A stretch of 64,000 bases of DNA, taken from positions 1-64,000 of the forward strand of contig ML978139.1 in the NCBI GenBank assembly GCA_010015805.1, written 5' to 3'. The notes beneath the pieces were generated by a model, which saw only the letters and a list, made by a program, of their open reading frames with translations, had not been told where the DNA came from and searched no databases. Positions 51,188 to 62,788 of the stretch are shown piece by piece. Source of the DNA: Rhizodiscina lignyota (Eukaryota). The stretch's first letter is position 1. Every line of letters begins with the position of its first letter. A program made the position numbers and the translations under genes.

Positions 51188-52748
51188 GGATGGGTAGGTG
51201 GAGGTTGGGTCAATCAGGCCGCGGTGAGGGCGCGTTAGACGCGGCCGGGGGTTCGAGGTCGAGGATGGCGGCGGCGGAGGGGAGAAAATTGGCAGAACAA
51301 TTTCTGCGACGTGGACCGATGGGTGCTATAGTTGTTGCAGCGATTTGGGCAGGGTGGCGGCGTTGTGTGGAGCAGAAAGAGGGAATATGGGTGGATATGT
51401 GAGGATGATGAGGGTTGTAAAGAGGAATGGGCGAACTGGCGGAGGGCGAGCAGCAAGCACAATCATCATTCGGCGAGCGTCTTGGCGCCGTCGTGTCAGT
51501 GCCGGGATCAACGTCTCTTTAGGGAGCACAGAGGAGCAGACAATCTTTGCTTCTTCGCCGCCGCCCTGGCGCAGGGCAGACATAATGTAAGCATAACTTC
51601 ATACAGGCTTTCAAGTTGCACCAGAGATGCAGACGCCAACAAGTGTGCACGGAAAAGGGTTGTTTGGATGGAATTCCTCCGGCGTGGGCGGAGCGCAGAG
51701 GATTGATGAGGTCTGATATTGCGAGCCATGCTCGGCTACACTAACAAGGCTAACCACAACCCCGTCTCATATTTGACTTCACTTGCAGCGATGCCGTTGG
51801 CCCAAGTATGCGGGCAAAGCGAGCGCGACGATATTCGAAATTGCATCACGTCCAAATTCTTCGCTCCAAGACAATCTATGCGCCGTCGCTGCCACGGCGG
51901 TACGTCGACCCTTGTCAGCGATCGTATTCAGGCATCTAAGCTGGCAAAAACTAAAGTGGAACAGGGCGTGGATTGAATGGAGCGATGAGTATCAGGCTGT
52001 CGTGCTGCTGAGTATGCCTTCGACTGACTGGGGCGGAAACGCGTTGTATCACTGCCCATCCCCATCGACACGAGCAGCAAGGTCGAAGGGAGGCAGCACC
52101 CACGGAAAGGGCAGCCAGGTGCGGGTTCGAGGGCAGATGCAGGCGGCATGCGATCCGATGCAAGTTCCTCTCGAGCTGGAGCGACAAGTCAGGCCACAAC
52201 GACAGGCGTGCGCGGCGGCAATTGGTGAGCCCTGAGATGGATTCCAGACGGAAGAGAGGGAGGTTAGCGGAGTGTACCTAGTATCACCGCGCCGTTAGCC
52301 GGCCCACCTAGGCAAGTGCGTGACAGAATAGTTGCGTCGCGGCGGCAATATATCAAACCGCGAGGATGGATATACTCGTCAGTCAATATGGGTCCTATAT
52401 ACCAAAGTTGTGCATTGTCGATGAATACGCCCCAGCGCATATCTGATCGCGCTCTGGATGCTCTCCTCGTGCTGAGGAACAGGGCTCATTCTTGCTGCCG
52501 CGCTTCAGTTGGTCGGGCGCAGCTATTCTGCCACCCGAGTGCTGGTCGGCCAGGATGCAGGCCAGCCTCGAATTCAGAGGCTGCATTCCCGAGCGCGCTA
52601 GGCCCGACTGGCGCTGGCCCGTTGAGCCACAGAAGCCCGAGGCACGATCGACCCGCTTCTTTCGTCACTCGGAAGGTCCCTTGCTGCTCGCCGCACATAA
52701 GACCCGCACCCGCAGGGTAGAGCCAAGCCCAATCCAACATCAACGCAC

Positions 52749-54522
52749 ATGTCCGACGCAGCTCAGTCAACGCCGCCGTCGTCTTCGCAGCAGGACGGCG
52801 ATGCAAGGCCCTCTGATGGCGCTGCGCCGCCGCCAGACTCGCTCTCCGCTCAACAGCAGAAGTCTGCCGCGGAGGTGATACAAGTAGGCGGCTGTCAGCA
52901 TGTGCAACGGCTGGATTATACCCTTTCGCTGACCGGATGATTACAGCGCAATTATAGAGGGTACCGTGATCGTCGTCAGTTGAACGGCCTTGGCTTGGAT
53001 TCGTCGACGCGATGGGTGGAGGTGAGTTCGTCCTCGAAACAATCGCAAACTTCATGCGCCATGCTGATTTACGTCACCAGGCCGTGAAAGAGGGTTCGTA
53101 CCGCCATCGCCCCAAAGCCATCGGAAAGACATGCTGAAATAACATCTTCGCTCCAGCAAAATACCGAAATACTACAAGTCCAACGAGCCGCCACCAGCGG
53201 GTGGCCAGTGGGCAGTATAGCAACCCTTCGGATGTCGCGAAACAGAATTGGAAACGCATAGGAGCTGTTGCGCGAAGAGCCGGCAGTGACGATACCAGCG
53301 ACACAGATGGCGATCCGGACATGAGTGAGTCGCAGCTGGACGAGTACAGACGGAAGAAATACGGGGCGAAGAAAGAGCGTGAGAAGCAGGCAAAGATGAT
53401 GGACCTGCAGTACTTCCTCGAAATGGTTGACACGAAGCATCGCTACGGATCGCATCTTCGGGCTTACCATTCAGAGTGGAAGAAAGCGAACACGAATGAG
53501 AATTTCTTCTACTGGCTGGATCATGGGCAAGGCCGAAATGTTGAAGTGCCAAATGTGCCTCGAGAGAAGTTGGACGCAGATCGGGTCCGCTATCTGTCAA
53601 GGGAAGAGCGTCTGAACTACCTTGTCAAAATCGATGACGAAGGCAAGCTGTGCTGGGCCAGGAATGGGCTCCGAATCACTACGAACATGGAATGGAAGGA
53701 TAGTGTAAATGGCATTGTGCCAAAGGACGATAACGCTTCTCCGAGCTGGGGCAACGACAACAAAGAGGAAGATAACAGCTCCAGTGATTCCGATGCGTCA
53801 TCCATGTCGGCCGCTTCAGCAGCAGAGGAGGCGCAGCACTATGTCAATACCGAGTTCAAGAAAGCGAGGGGCCTTAGGAAGCTGCAGAAAGTCAACGCCG
53901 GTGTCATCCTCAATCATCTTCTGCAGAAGTCCGTGAAGCCAGGGACTTGGATATTCGTAAGGACTCTCTTGCCTCCTGTCCGCTGTCATTGAATAACCCT
54001 CTGTAGGTCGCAGATACTTCGTTTAGGCTGTATGTTGGCATTAAACAGTCTGGTGCTTTTCAACACTCTTCCTTCCTCCATGGCTCCCGCATTTCAGCCG
54101 CTGGTCTCATCAAGATCAAAGACGGTCAATTGCGAAGACTCTCTCCGCTTTCGGGCCACTACCGTCCTCCCACACGCAACTTCCGTGCCTTCGTCCATTC
54201 ATTGAGAGATGCTGGCGTAGACATGTCTCATGTCTCTATATCGCGCTCGTATGCCGTATTGCTCGGTCTTGAGGCGTATCAGAATACGCGCAAGACCATG
54301 AAGCACGGCAAGGCGCATGCGGCTGATCAAGTGGAGAAGGTGGTGAAGCCCGAAGAAGCAAAGAAGAAGGAAGAGGAGAAGAAAGATAAGAGTAAGAGCG
54401 CACAGAAGGAGAGGGAGTATTTGGAGCAGCAGAGGACAAGGGAGGAGGAGATGAAGAGTCAGATGACGTTGAAGGACCGACTAAAGAGGAAGTTGAAAAT
54501 TGGTAAGGACAAGGAGATATGA
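52749..54522 (+). CDS. IQ calmodulin-binding motif protein (IQM-like), 4 exons
   Basis: AAEVIQ|RNYRGYRDRR IQ motif across an intron; MDLQYFLEMVDTKHRYGSHL, FFYWLDHGQG, YLSREER, WIF|VADTSFRLYVGIKQSGAFQHSSFLHG and LSPLSGHYRP. Confidence 0.88.
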
Positions 54523-54864
54523 AGTCTCAGCGATGCCTACCTCGCGGATTAATTTCCATGTACAGACCCCTCGGCGTTGCTGCAGGCAGTGGACGACCAT
54601 AGATTTTGGCATAGTCACGAACGAATCTCATTGGTGGAACCCTATTCGATTATGTCACGTGACTTATAAACCCATCATGGACCCTTCCCTTCTAAATATT
54701 TACCAACTTCTTGTACGGCCTTATTCATTTCTAATGTATGAAATTCGAGGCATTTTCAAAGCTCATCCAGGAGAATAACTCAAATTCAGATACCAGCTTC
54801 TAATACGTACATTCCAGATCTTTAGCGTATTACGGACGCTAACAGATAACAAAAAGAGCAACGT

Positions 54865-55869
54865 CTAGATTTCGCCGCTTCTACCATCTCTCGTTTGGGC
54901 AAAGGCCTCTTCGTCACCCGGTTGAGAGTTCTTTATATCAGCATGCTTGGACGGATCAAACACGTACATCGGGAATTCCAGAAATACAGTCCTCTTGAGC
55001 CAGATCGGGAGTGGCCTATACAACCGTGGAGGGAAGGGTATCAAAATACTTGTTTTGTTTAAGTATTCGGCGTACGCTTCCCACTTCAGGCCCTTTTCGT
55101 ACCGCTTCTTCGCTCCCGGCCGCTCCTGCAGGTTCAAACCGGATACGAACAGCAGTAGGATTGTCAAGAAGAATGGCCCGAGAATGGATGCGTAAAGAGC
55201 AGAATAGGCACCTCCATGGACGTAGCCGTATGCTGCCGGGGATACTGCAATCATGAAGATGGCGAATTGGATGATGATTTCGCCGAAGTAGTTTGGATGC
55301 CGCGTGAAGTAGAAGAAGCCTACGTCGCACACGGCGCCAGTGTCTCGGTGTGCGGAGCGGAAGCGATACTTCTGGACATCGGAGACGGTCTCCATTGTCA
55401 ACCCAACGGCGTACAGAATGATTCCAGCGATGTCACGGCCGGTGCCAAAGGGCGGCTGTGGGAACTTGGTCACATTCGGAGAGTTGAGTATGGTAACGGG
55501 CAGAGACACCGTCCACACCCATACCATCTGCGCAATCCAGAACCCGAGGAAGGAAAAGAATTTGTCGCGCTTGTCGTCGAAGCGATCGTCTTTTCCAGTC
55601 TTCAGAATCCTGAATAACAGGAAGCCCGATAGTCGCACGGCCCAGACCATGATGAAAAGCGAGCACACTATTTGGCGAGCATTATCGCGCGCGCCACTGC
55701 ATGCAAGCGTGATAACTGCGAGGAGGATGAAATTGGTGCCGCCCATGAAGTCGGTGAGTTTGTCGAATTTGAATGCGAAGGCGATGGAGAAGCCGATGAG
55801 TTGGTAAGCGACGGTTACCAGGAAAGTGATGAGAAGATAATAGTTGTCTAGGACGTGTACCGCCGCCAT
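54865..55869 (-). CDS. DUF1295 family membrane protein (steroid 5-alpha-reductase-like)
   Basis: FDKLTDFMGGTNF, WAVRLSGFLLFRI...DDRFD, ETVSDVQK and TRHPNYFGEI; multiple TMs. Confidence 0.9.
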   Translation of the reverse strand: MAAVHVLDNYYLLITFLVTVAYQLIGFSIAFAFKFDKLTDFMGGTNFILLAVITLACSGARDNARQIVCSLFIMVWAVRLSGFLLFRILKTGKDDRFDDKRDKFFSFLGFWIAQMVWVWTVSLPVTILNSPNVTKFPQPPFGTGRDIAGIILYAVGLTMETVSDVQKYRFRSAHRDTGAVCDVGFFYFTRHPNYFGEIIIQFAIFMIAVSPAAYGYVHGGAYSALYASILGPFFLTILLLFVSGLNLQERPGAKKRYEKGLKWEAYAEYLNKTSILIPFPPRLYRPLPIWLKRTVFLEFPMYVFDPSKHADIKNSQPGDEEAFAQTRDGRSGEI

Positions 55870-56793
55870 ATTGATTGAGCACTTGCTCTGGAACGTTTAT
55901 TATGGTTCTCTGCTCTTTATTTCATGCCAGCGTTGCGATTCTCAAGTTCATCCTTCGTCCCGGGCCTTCGAGTGACTAAATAGTGGAGATCTTTGCAAAA
56001 CGTCTCTCATGACTGCCCTACTTCTTCGCGCGTAAGTAGAAATACGTGCGATTTCTACGTCTTGGCGCTGTCATAGATTGCGAGTGTAGCTGAGAGGCCT
56101 GTGATCGCAAGGACGAAGTCAACCAGTGCTGCGATCTCCCCGCTTCCCGAAGTCGAACCCCTGTTCATTCAACCTCTTCCTTGACATGTTGCCGTCCGAA
56201 CTTCAACAATGAAGCTGTATATACGTCTATCGCTGTGCGAGTCCACAATAATCTTACGAGTTAAGCTTTTGAGACGTGTCTTCTAACAGACGATGCCGTG
56301 CTTGTGCGAGGAGGCTCAATTGCCCCGTGCTTTTGGCCAAGCCATTCGAAACCAGCCCTCAACACCATGCGTTTCATCACGATGTCCCTTCGAAACATTC
56401 GCCTCAGGCCTGAACAGATAGTAGTCCTGCTATAATCCTTCTCTCGGCTAATGATCCAGAAGCTGGGCCCTGGACCCCGCGGTCTGCACGGCAGAGGCCT
56501 GTTCACATTGCCGGGAGGCCATCGATCCGTTATCACAGCGATTTGGAGCGCCGTGTTTCAATCTGGGCATTTCTGTTGCAGGAAACGCTGTAGGTCAAGG
56601 GAGGTTGGGTTACGTACCGCTCGCTTCTTCGTTTCCCTTTTCTCTTTCCCCTCCCTCCGTCGACCTTCTACTCTATTTTTTTGTTCTTTGTACGATCTCG
56701 CGGTGAGAATTCACAACCGCCCACACTCATTTACCATCAACCTTTCGCTTCTAGAGCAGGTCTCTACACCGGCTGGCGCTGGTCTTATACAAA

Positions 56794-58327
56794 ATGGTGT
56801 CCTTCGGAAGAAGGAAGGCATGGCTCTTGCTTCTGGCAATTGAGATTCTGGCTGTACAAGGTCAAGAAGGCATCGTCGCTGCGGGAGCTGTCTCTCAGAC
56901 AGATGGTGGCTCAACAATTACTGAATCAGTCGCAGGCGCATCAGGAGTAAGCTGTTCGATCCATAAAACTAACAAAGCTGACTGGTGTATATCAGGGCTC
57001 AGCGTCCACTCCAGCGCCAGCAAGTCAGGCTGCAGGTTCCAGTCAAGCCGGAGGTGGTGGTATCGTAGCCGCAGGTGTACCGTCCGCAGCGCCAATGTCC
57101 ACTATAACTATCAGTGCCGAAAGTGGATCTGGTAGTGTCATGGCTGCAAGTGCTTCCTCGGGGCCGGCTTCAAGTCCCTCGGGGCCGGCTTCAAGTCCAC
57201 CGCAAACGGCAGGCTCAGGCGGCATTGTTGCGTAAGTCATCCTAGCAAGGAAGAGGGCGGCAGTATTAATCTGATTCCACGGAATATAGCCAGGGCATTC
57301 CTTCACCAGGTCCAATGTCGACAATATCGGTCTCTGTCGTAGGCGGAAGCGGAAGCGGAGTGATGGCAGCCGGTGCTTCTTCATCAGCGGGCTCAGCAAT
57401 GGCGGGAGGAATTGTCGCGTAAGTGCTCTTTTGTACGGTGAAGAACAAAGTCAAACTAATATAATTCCACATCATAGTCAAGGCGCTCCCCCTGCAAATC
57501 CAATGTCTACCTTAACGATCTCTGCCGTAAACGGGTCCAATGTAATGGCAGCCGGTGTCTCAACTGGACAGGCTGCTACCTCTGGCGGTGGTGGCTTAGT
57601 AGCCAGCGGAGCACCTCCACCATCGCCGAGCGAGACAATTACTGTTTCCGTTGCTGGATCAAATTCATCGTCAGGGATGGTGTCTGCTGCTGCTGCTGGG
57701 ATGCAGCCAATGCAGGGTGGTGGAGGCCTCGTGGCTCAAGGCACTGGGCCATCGCAAGTCGCATCTACAGTCACAATCGCTGTCGCCGGTGCTGCAGGTT
57801 AGTATCATTTCCTGCAACTTGGATTCGGAATCCGTGCTAATCTATTCTACGCGATTCAAGGCCCAACCGCTGCTTCGCTGCCATCAGCGCCTGCAGGACA
57901 AATTTGCGGATGCCAATGCATCTGTCCCGCAGGATCATGGCCTATGTCTCCGCAAGCTGGAGCTGGTCAAGCGCCTCTCGCACAGGCAGCTGGTGCCTCC
58001 AGTCAAGCTGGCCCAAGTCCGGCCTCATCGCCCTCGACTATGGTTACCATGGCATCATCTGAATCCGTTCCTTCAGCAGCGCCTGATATGGCTGGTACAA
58101 GCGCAACTTCGGCCATGTTTTCTCTGGCCCCGCCTTCCTCCAGCGCGAGCATGCCTGTCGCTGCTATGTCGGCGGTCGCGACTTCCAGCCCAACTGCTGC
58201 AGCGGCGGAGGCACAAGCCCCTGCCCCAGCGTCTGGCTCAATCAACATCAACACTGCTTCACTTTCGTCCACTGTGGTCGTGCCGTTACTTGGAAGAGAA
58301 GTGTTACTTGCGACGATGGTGAGGTGA
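56794..58327 (+). CDS. Secreted Ser/Ala/Gly-rich repeat protein with a CxCxCxCP motif, 5 exons
   Basis: Signal-like N-terminus. Introns at ~56947-56995, 57232-57289, 57419-57477 and ~57798-57860 join the exons in one frame. Confidence 0.75.
57157..57198 (+). repeat. Perfect 21-nt tandem duplication (CTCGGGGCCGGCTTCAAGTCC x2) encoding SGPASSP
   Basis: Seen directly. Confidence 0.9.
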
Positions 58328-59680
58328 AAGACGGATTCGGTGGGTGTTGGTGGCGTTTTTGAACGGTGTATTAATTTGGTCGGACAAGGAGGGCCAGAAT
58401 GTGTATATAATGGGGTGCACTAAACTTCTCCAGCAACTAGATCCTGAGGCTACCTTCTTCGACCAGGGCTGGACTATGCGTGGAGGTGTTTTAAAGCTGC
58501 CATCTGGCAACGGGGAGCTTAGCTGCGCTTGAGCGCGTAGGCTGCATTCAATTGCGACCAGAGTCCCTTCATATTAGCTGCGCTACCTTGTGAAAATCTA
58601 TAAACTTTTCCTATTTACCTTTCTCCATTGAACTTGAAGTATGGCACATACTTCAATAGCGTAACCTATTTACGCTTCTCACATTCGCTCGTACTAAATG
58701 CCAAAGTCCAGCAATTTGCGCTGTCTACTTCCTCCCATTGGGCCAACACCTAATACGGAGTTACTTTGTCTAGGTACATTGGACGAGAAAGACGAGGAGA
58801 GAGGCAATCCTACACGCCTTGTGCTCGTCACCCTGCTCCATCACGAAATGTGTTTTCTTTCTCATGTCGTTGCCCTTCTAAAACTCCAACGCTAGGCAAA
58901 AGGACAGCTATTCTTTCCCCATCTACTACAGCGAAGCGTACGCAAGGTCTTCTATTCTGCGTACACCATCGATACGACGCCTATATGCTGTCTTGCTAAT
59001 GCTACCATATATAACTGTTCGCTGCATGTTTCTATATAGTTTGATTGATTAGCATTTACCAGTATTAGTAGGTACATTGCTCTCATCTCGATACAGCGGG
59101 TCGTGTCTCACTTCTTATTCATTTCCAAAGTGGCCACGCGGCCAGCCTCTTCCTTCAGGTCGGCATCATCGACTGTATATAACCCTGCCTCACCTATTCT
59201 GGGCCATAATGATACTCGTCCTTTTTCACGTGCTCTCTTCCCAGAACGCAATCCAAGAGTATGGGAGATCCATCACAAAATTTCGACTCAGTAGGAATCA
59301 GTACTTGCGCGATTTCAATTTGAAGGTAGTAGACTAGAATGGGAAAGGATGCAGTCTGGCATGGAGGAGTAGAGTACGAAGCGCAAAAGTGTAAAGTTTC
59401 TCAAGTCAGCAGCAGTGGGATGAGTGGACTCTAGTCGTAACCGAATGCATCCTCCATAGTCATTTGAGGCTATACATCCAACAAACGGGGGATATTAACA
59501 ACGTAGCCATGCAGAAAAGATTGGAGGTTGTGAAGTCTGTATCGTGTTTGTCCCGCCCCTAGGTACTTTACTCTAAGGGAGGCTCACCGCCCCGCGCCAC
59601 CGCCTAAGTTCTGCCGGCAGAACTCCAGGAAAAGTCCTTAAACTTTTGAGCTTGTCTCTCATCCAATGCAACTTTCAGCC

Positions 59681-60892
59681 ATGCCCGAACCTTCATCTAC
59701 TTCACCACTCCGCTTCACAGGCCATAAATATCTCACACAGCGCTTGGTTCTGTCCACCCTCACAGGCCGCCCAATTCGCATCTCCGGCATTCGATCATCC
59801 TCGCCCACCCAACCAGGTCTCGCCCCTCACGAAGTTTCCTTCCTCCGCCTCCTCGATACCATCACCAATGGTACCATCATTGAGTTCTCATATACTGGTA
59901 CGACAGTAGTATATAAGCCTGGCCTGATCACTGGCTCTGCGGCAGGATATGGCGCGGCGAGCCATGGCGGTGTCCTCAGGCATGAACTCCCGAAGGAGTG
60001 CAATAGAGGGATTAGCTGGTTCCTAATACCACTATGCATGCTTGCACCATTTTCGAAACAACAGCTCAACATTGTTTTCACTGGTCCTGGAGTGATCACA
60101 TCAGCGACGCAAACCGGAGACGTGAGTGTCGACACCGTTCGAACTGCGATACTACCGCTTTACACACAATTCGGCATTCAGAATAACATCGAGCTACGGA
60201 TACTACGAAGATCTTGTTCAGGGCCTGGTGGAAGAGGAGGAGGTGGCGAGGTTCAATTGGTATTCGGGCACCAAGTCAGGCTGCCAAAGACGCTACACCT
60301 ACTGAACGCTGGTCGGGTGAAGAAAGTTAGAGGAGTTGCATATGCCACTGGTGTTGCTGCTTCAAACAATGCGCGCATGATTGAAGCTGCAAGAGGTGTA
60401 CTGAACCAGTTCGCCGACACGTACATCTTCTCAGATGTATCGAGTGCGCCACTACTACCGTCGGAAAAAGGACCTCCAGGTGTGAAGAGGAAGGTCGGCA
60501 TTGGGTTCGGTATATCCTTAGTGGCAGAGAGCTCGACTGGAGCAGTATATTCAGCGGATGTGGCCAGTCCACCATCTGGAGGAGAGCCACCAGAGGACAT
60601 CGGGCGACAGTGCGCGTATCAGCTGCTAGAGGTCATTTCGAAAGGAGGATGCGTCTCTTCCATTGGCGCCAATACTGTTCTGACGCTAATGGCAATGGGG
60701 TCCGAAGATGTGGGAAGACTTCAACTGGGAAGAGATGTGGTAGGGTCAGAAGATATTCTCATGCTTGGGCGAGACTTGAGGGGATTTGGAGCCAGTGGGT
60801 GGGGTCTGAGAGACGCTGACGATGGGGAAGGGGATATTGTGGTCAGCGTGGTCGGACGAGGCGTCGGAAACGTCGGCAGAAAGATCGCGTAG
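59681..60892 (+). CDS. RCL1: 18S rRNA biogenesis protein RCL1 (RNA 3'-terminal phosphate cyclase-like)
   Basis: RLVLSTLTGRPIRISGIRS, GLAPHEVSFLRLL, YKPGLITG, LAPFSK, GGGGEV, PEDIG and C-terminal GVGNVGRKIA. Confidence 0.95.
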   Translation: MPEPSSTSPLRFTGHKYLTQRLVLSTLTGRPIRISGIRSSSPTQPGLAPHEVSFLRLLDTITNGTIIEFSYTGTTVVYKPGLITGSAAGYGAASHGGVLRHELPKECNRGISWFLIPLCMLAPFSKQQLNIVFTGPGVITSATQTGDVSVDTVRTAILPLYTQFGIQNNIELRILRRSCSGPGGRGGGGEVQLVFGHQVRLPKTLHLLNAGRVKKVRGVAYATGVAASNNARMIEAARGVLNQFADTYIFSDVSSAPLLPSEKGPPGVKRKVGIGFGISLVAESSTGAVYSADVASPPSGGEPPEDIGRQCAYQLLEVISKGGCVSSIGANTVLTLMAMGSEDVGRLQLGRDVVGSEDILMLGRDLRGFGASGWGLRDADDGEGDIVVSVVGRGVGNVGRKIA

Positions 60893-61108
60893 CCATTTTC
60901 TTCATGAGATACCCCAATTGAACAAATACTATTCTTCAACTGAAATTAATTCATTTTCACCATTAATCACGGGAGCACGCGTGTTCCAAGTCGGGCCGAG
61001 TTCAGCCTTGGCATTTAAACGTGGCTGGTTGGGTTCAGCATGTGCTCAAGCATCAATTCAGCACATGCACCAACCCGGCGACCTTTTATAGGATATATTG
61101 CAATAACG

Positions 61109-62788
61109 ATGGTTATGCAACATGCACCTAGACAAGGCCTAAAAAGAAATGGGGCACGTCTTCTTAAGCAAGTCGGTGGAAAGCCACACGCACGCCCCGA
61201 AGATCACGAACCCGACGCGCCGACTACCTCGAAGACGTCGACCATTTCAGTCAGAGAGCCTGAGAATATCGATGACGATCCACTCAGCTCAGACGATGAG
61301 AGGCTCTCGGGGGAACTGAAGCCGGAGTTCGGTTCGCCGACGGACAATACTGCGGTGTCAAGCACGACAAGCGTGGATACTGCTAACACAATGCCTAAGG
61401 GAAGCAGAGGGGCCAGTAAAAGAAAGAGCAAAGAATCTAAAGATATCTATCTATCAACGGATGCGAGGGAGAATGGTCTGGCGAAAGGGTCGGAACCTGT
61501 GGCCATGGACGGCGCACAGGATTCAGAGGAGCCTCAATGGATGAAAGACACCAACCGCAAGCGAAAACGAGTCGCGAAGAATACGTATAGGACTTCAGAC
61601 AAAAATGCAGACAATTTCCACAACTTGCCACAGAAGAAGTCACAGCCAAAATCCTCTCGACAGGCTGGGAAGAAAGAGGAGGCAACGAAGTTCAGAATTC
61701 CTCAAAAGCTCTATGCCGACAAAGACGCCAATAGCGTTGCTAGTAGCAATACGCAGTCTGATTCAGGCTATCGAGCACCACCACCGTTACTTGCCCCTAG
61801 CAAAGTTCTACATACAGACTCGACAGCACAGCCGCAGCGGAGAAATTTGAGAAGCGCGCCACCGCTGAGTACCATCTCCCAGCCCGCAGCAGCATTCAGA
61901 ACGGTCAAGTCCATACCCGCTGTAGAAGCTTCAAAGCTCAGTGCTTTCTCGACAGACTTCAAACACTATCCCGGTCTTGAGTCAGCCTCAACAGACGAAA
62001 CTACGGACCCCATCCTCTACTCGTCTCAGGTGTCTGCAAATGCTAGCAACGTACTATCTGGGTCGCAAGACTTGGAGTCTGAGTCTGAGTCATTGTCTTC
62101 TGCCCTTGATCTTAGTGACGTGGATGAGGAAGCTGAGGATGAAGAGTCGAGCGACATCACCAATTGTCCATACTGCGAAGCTCCCGTCTCGAGGTCCGCG
62201 CTCTACGACTTCGACCCTAAATATAGCCGCAACAAACGCATGAAAATCGGTCAGCAGGCTCAATTCTGTCGTTCCCACCGCCGTGCCGACGCACAACTGG
62301 AATGGGACAAACGCGCCTATCCCACCATCGAGTGGGCAGAGCTACCATCGCGGATAACGCTCCTTTACGATCACGTGCTCGATATTATCGAGCAGAAGAG
62401 GGACTGTGTATTCCTCAAGACGTTGGAGGAGAAGATTGACAGCGGGAGACACCGCAATCTCGCGCAGTCGATGCTGACGGACGATACCGCTCTGGATGCA
62501 CTGGTGCCTGGGTATTATGGGGGAAGGGGCGCCAAGATCATGGCCGAGTGTTTGACTTCCTCCTTTGGGAGCAAGTTGAGGGAGCGCGCGGGCCGGGAGG
62601 ATAAATACATCGCGGCGGCGGGAGTGAGCGGGTTCGTGCAGGCGGTGCTGGTGCCAGAGGTTGGAGCGAGGCTGGTGATGGAGGATTTGGGCGTTAATGA
62701 GGACCGCGCGGTGGAGGTATTGAAGGAGGCGGCAGAGTTGGGAGATCTATTGCATGATGGGGAAGACGAAGAGGGAGGGAGGTGGTGA
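61109..62788 (+). CDS. RTC4-like domain protein (restriction of telomere capping 4)
   Basis: Disordered N-terminus, then CPYC...FCRSH, YPTIEW, PGYYGGRG and GVSGFVQAVLVPE...LVMEDL. Confidence 0.85.
   Translation: MVMQHAPRQGLKRNGARLLKQVGGKPHARPEDHEPDAPTTSKTSTISVREPENIDDDPLSSDDERLSGELKPEFGSPTDNTAVSSTTSVDTANTMPKGSRGASKRKSKESKDIYLSTDARENGLAKGSEPVAMDGAQDSEEPQWMKDTNRKRKRVAKNTYRTSDKNADNFHNLPQKKSQPKSSRQAGKKEEATKFRIPQKLYADKDANSVASSNTQSDSGYRAPPPLLAPSKVLHTDSTAQPQRRNLRSAPPLSTISQPAAAFRTVKSIPAVEASKLSAFSTDFKHYPGLESASTDETTDPILYSSQVSANASNVLSGSQDLESESESLSSALDLSDVDEEAEDEESSDITNCPYCEAPVSRSALYDFDPKYSRNKRMKIGQQAQFCRSHRRADAQLEWDKRAYPTIEWAELPSRITLLYDHVLDIIEQKRDCVFLKTLEEKIDSGRHRNLAQSMLTDDTALDALVPGYYGGRGAKIMAECLTSSFGSKLRERAGREDKYIAAAGVSGFVQAVLVPEVGARLVMEDLGVNEDRAVEVLKEAAELGDLLHDGEDEEGGRW

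Noticed and set aside
56148..56162. GGGTTCGAC T-loop-like sequence on the minus strand
   Set aside because: No T-stem pairing, acceptor stem or A-box could be built, so it is not called a tRNA.
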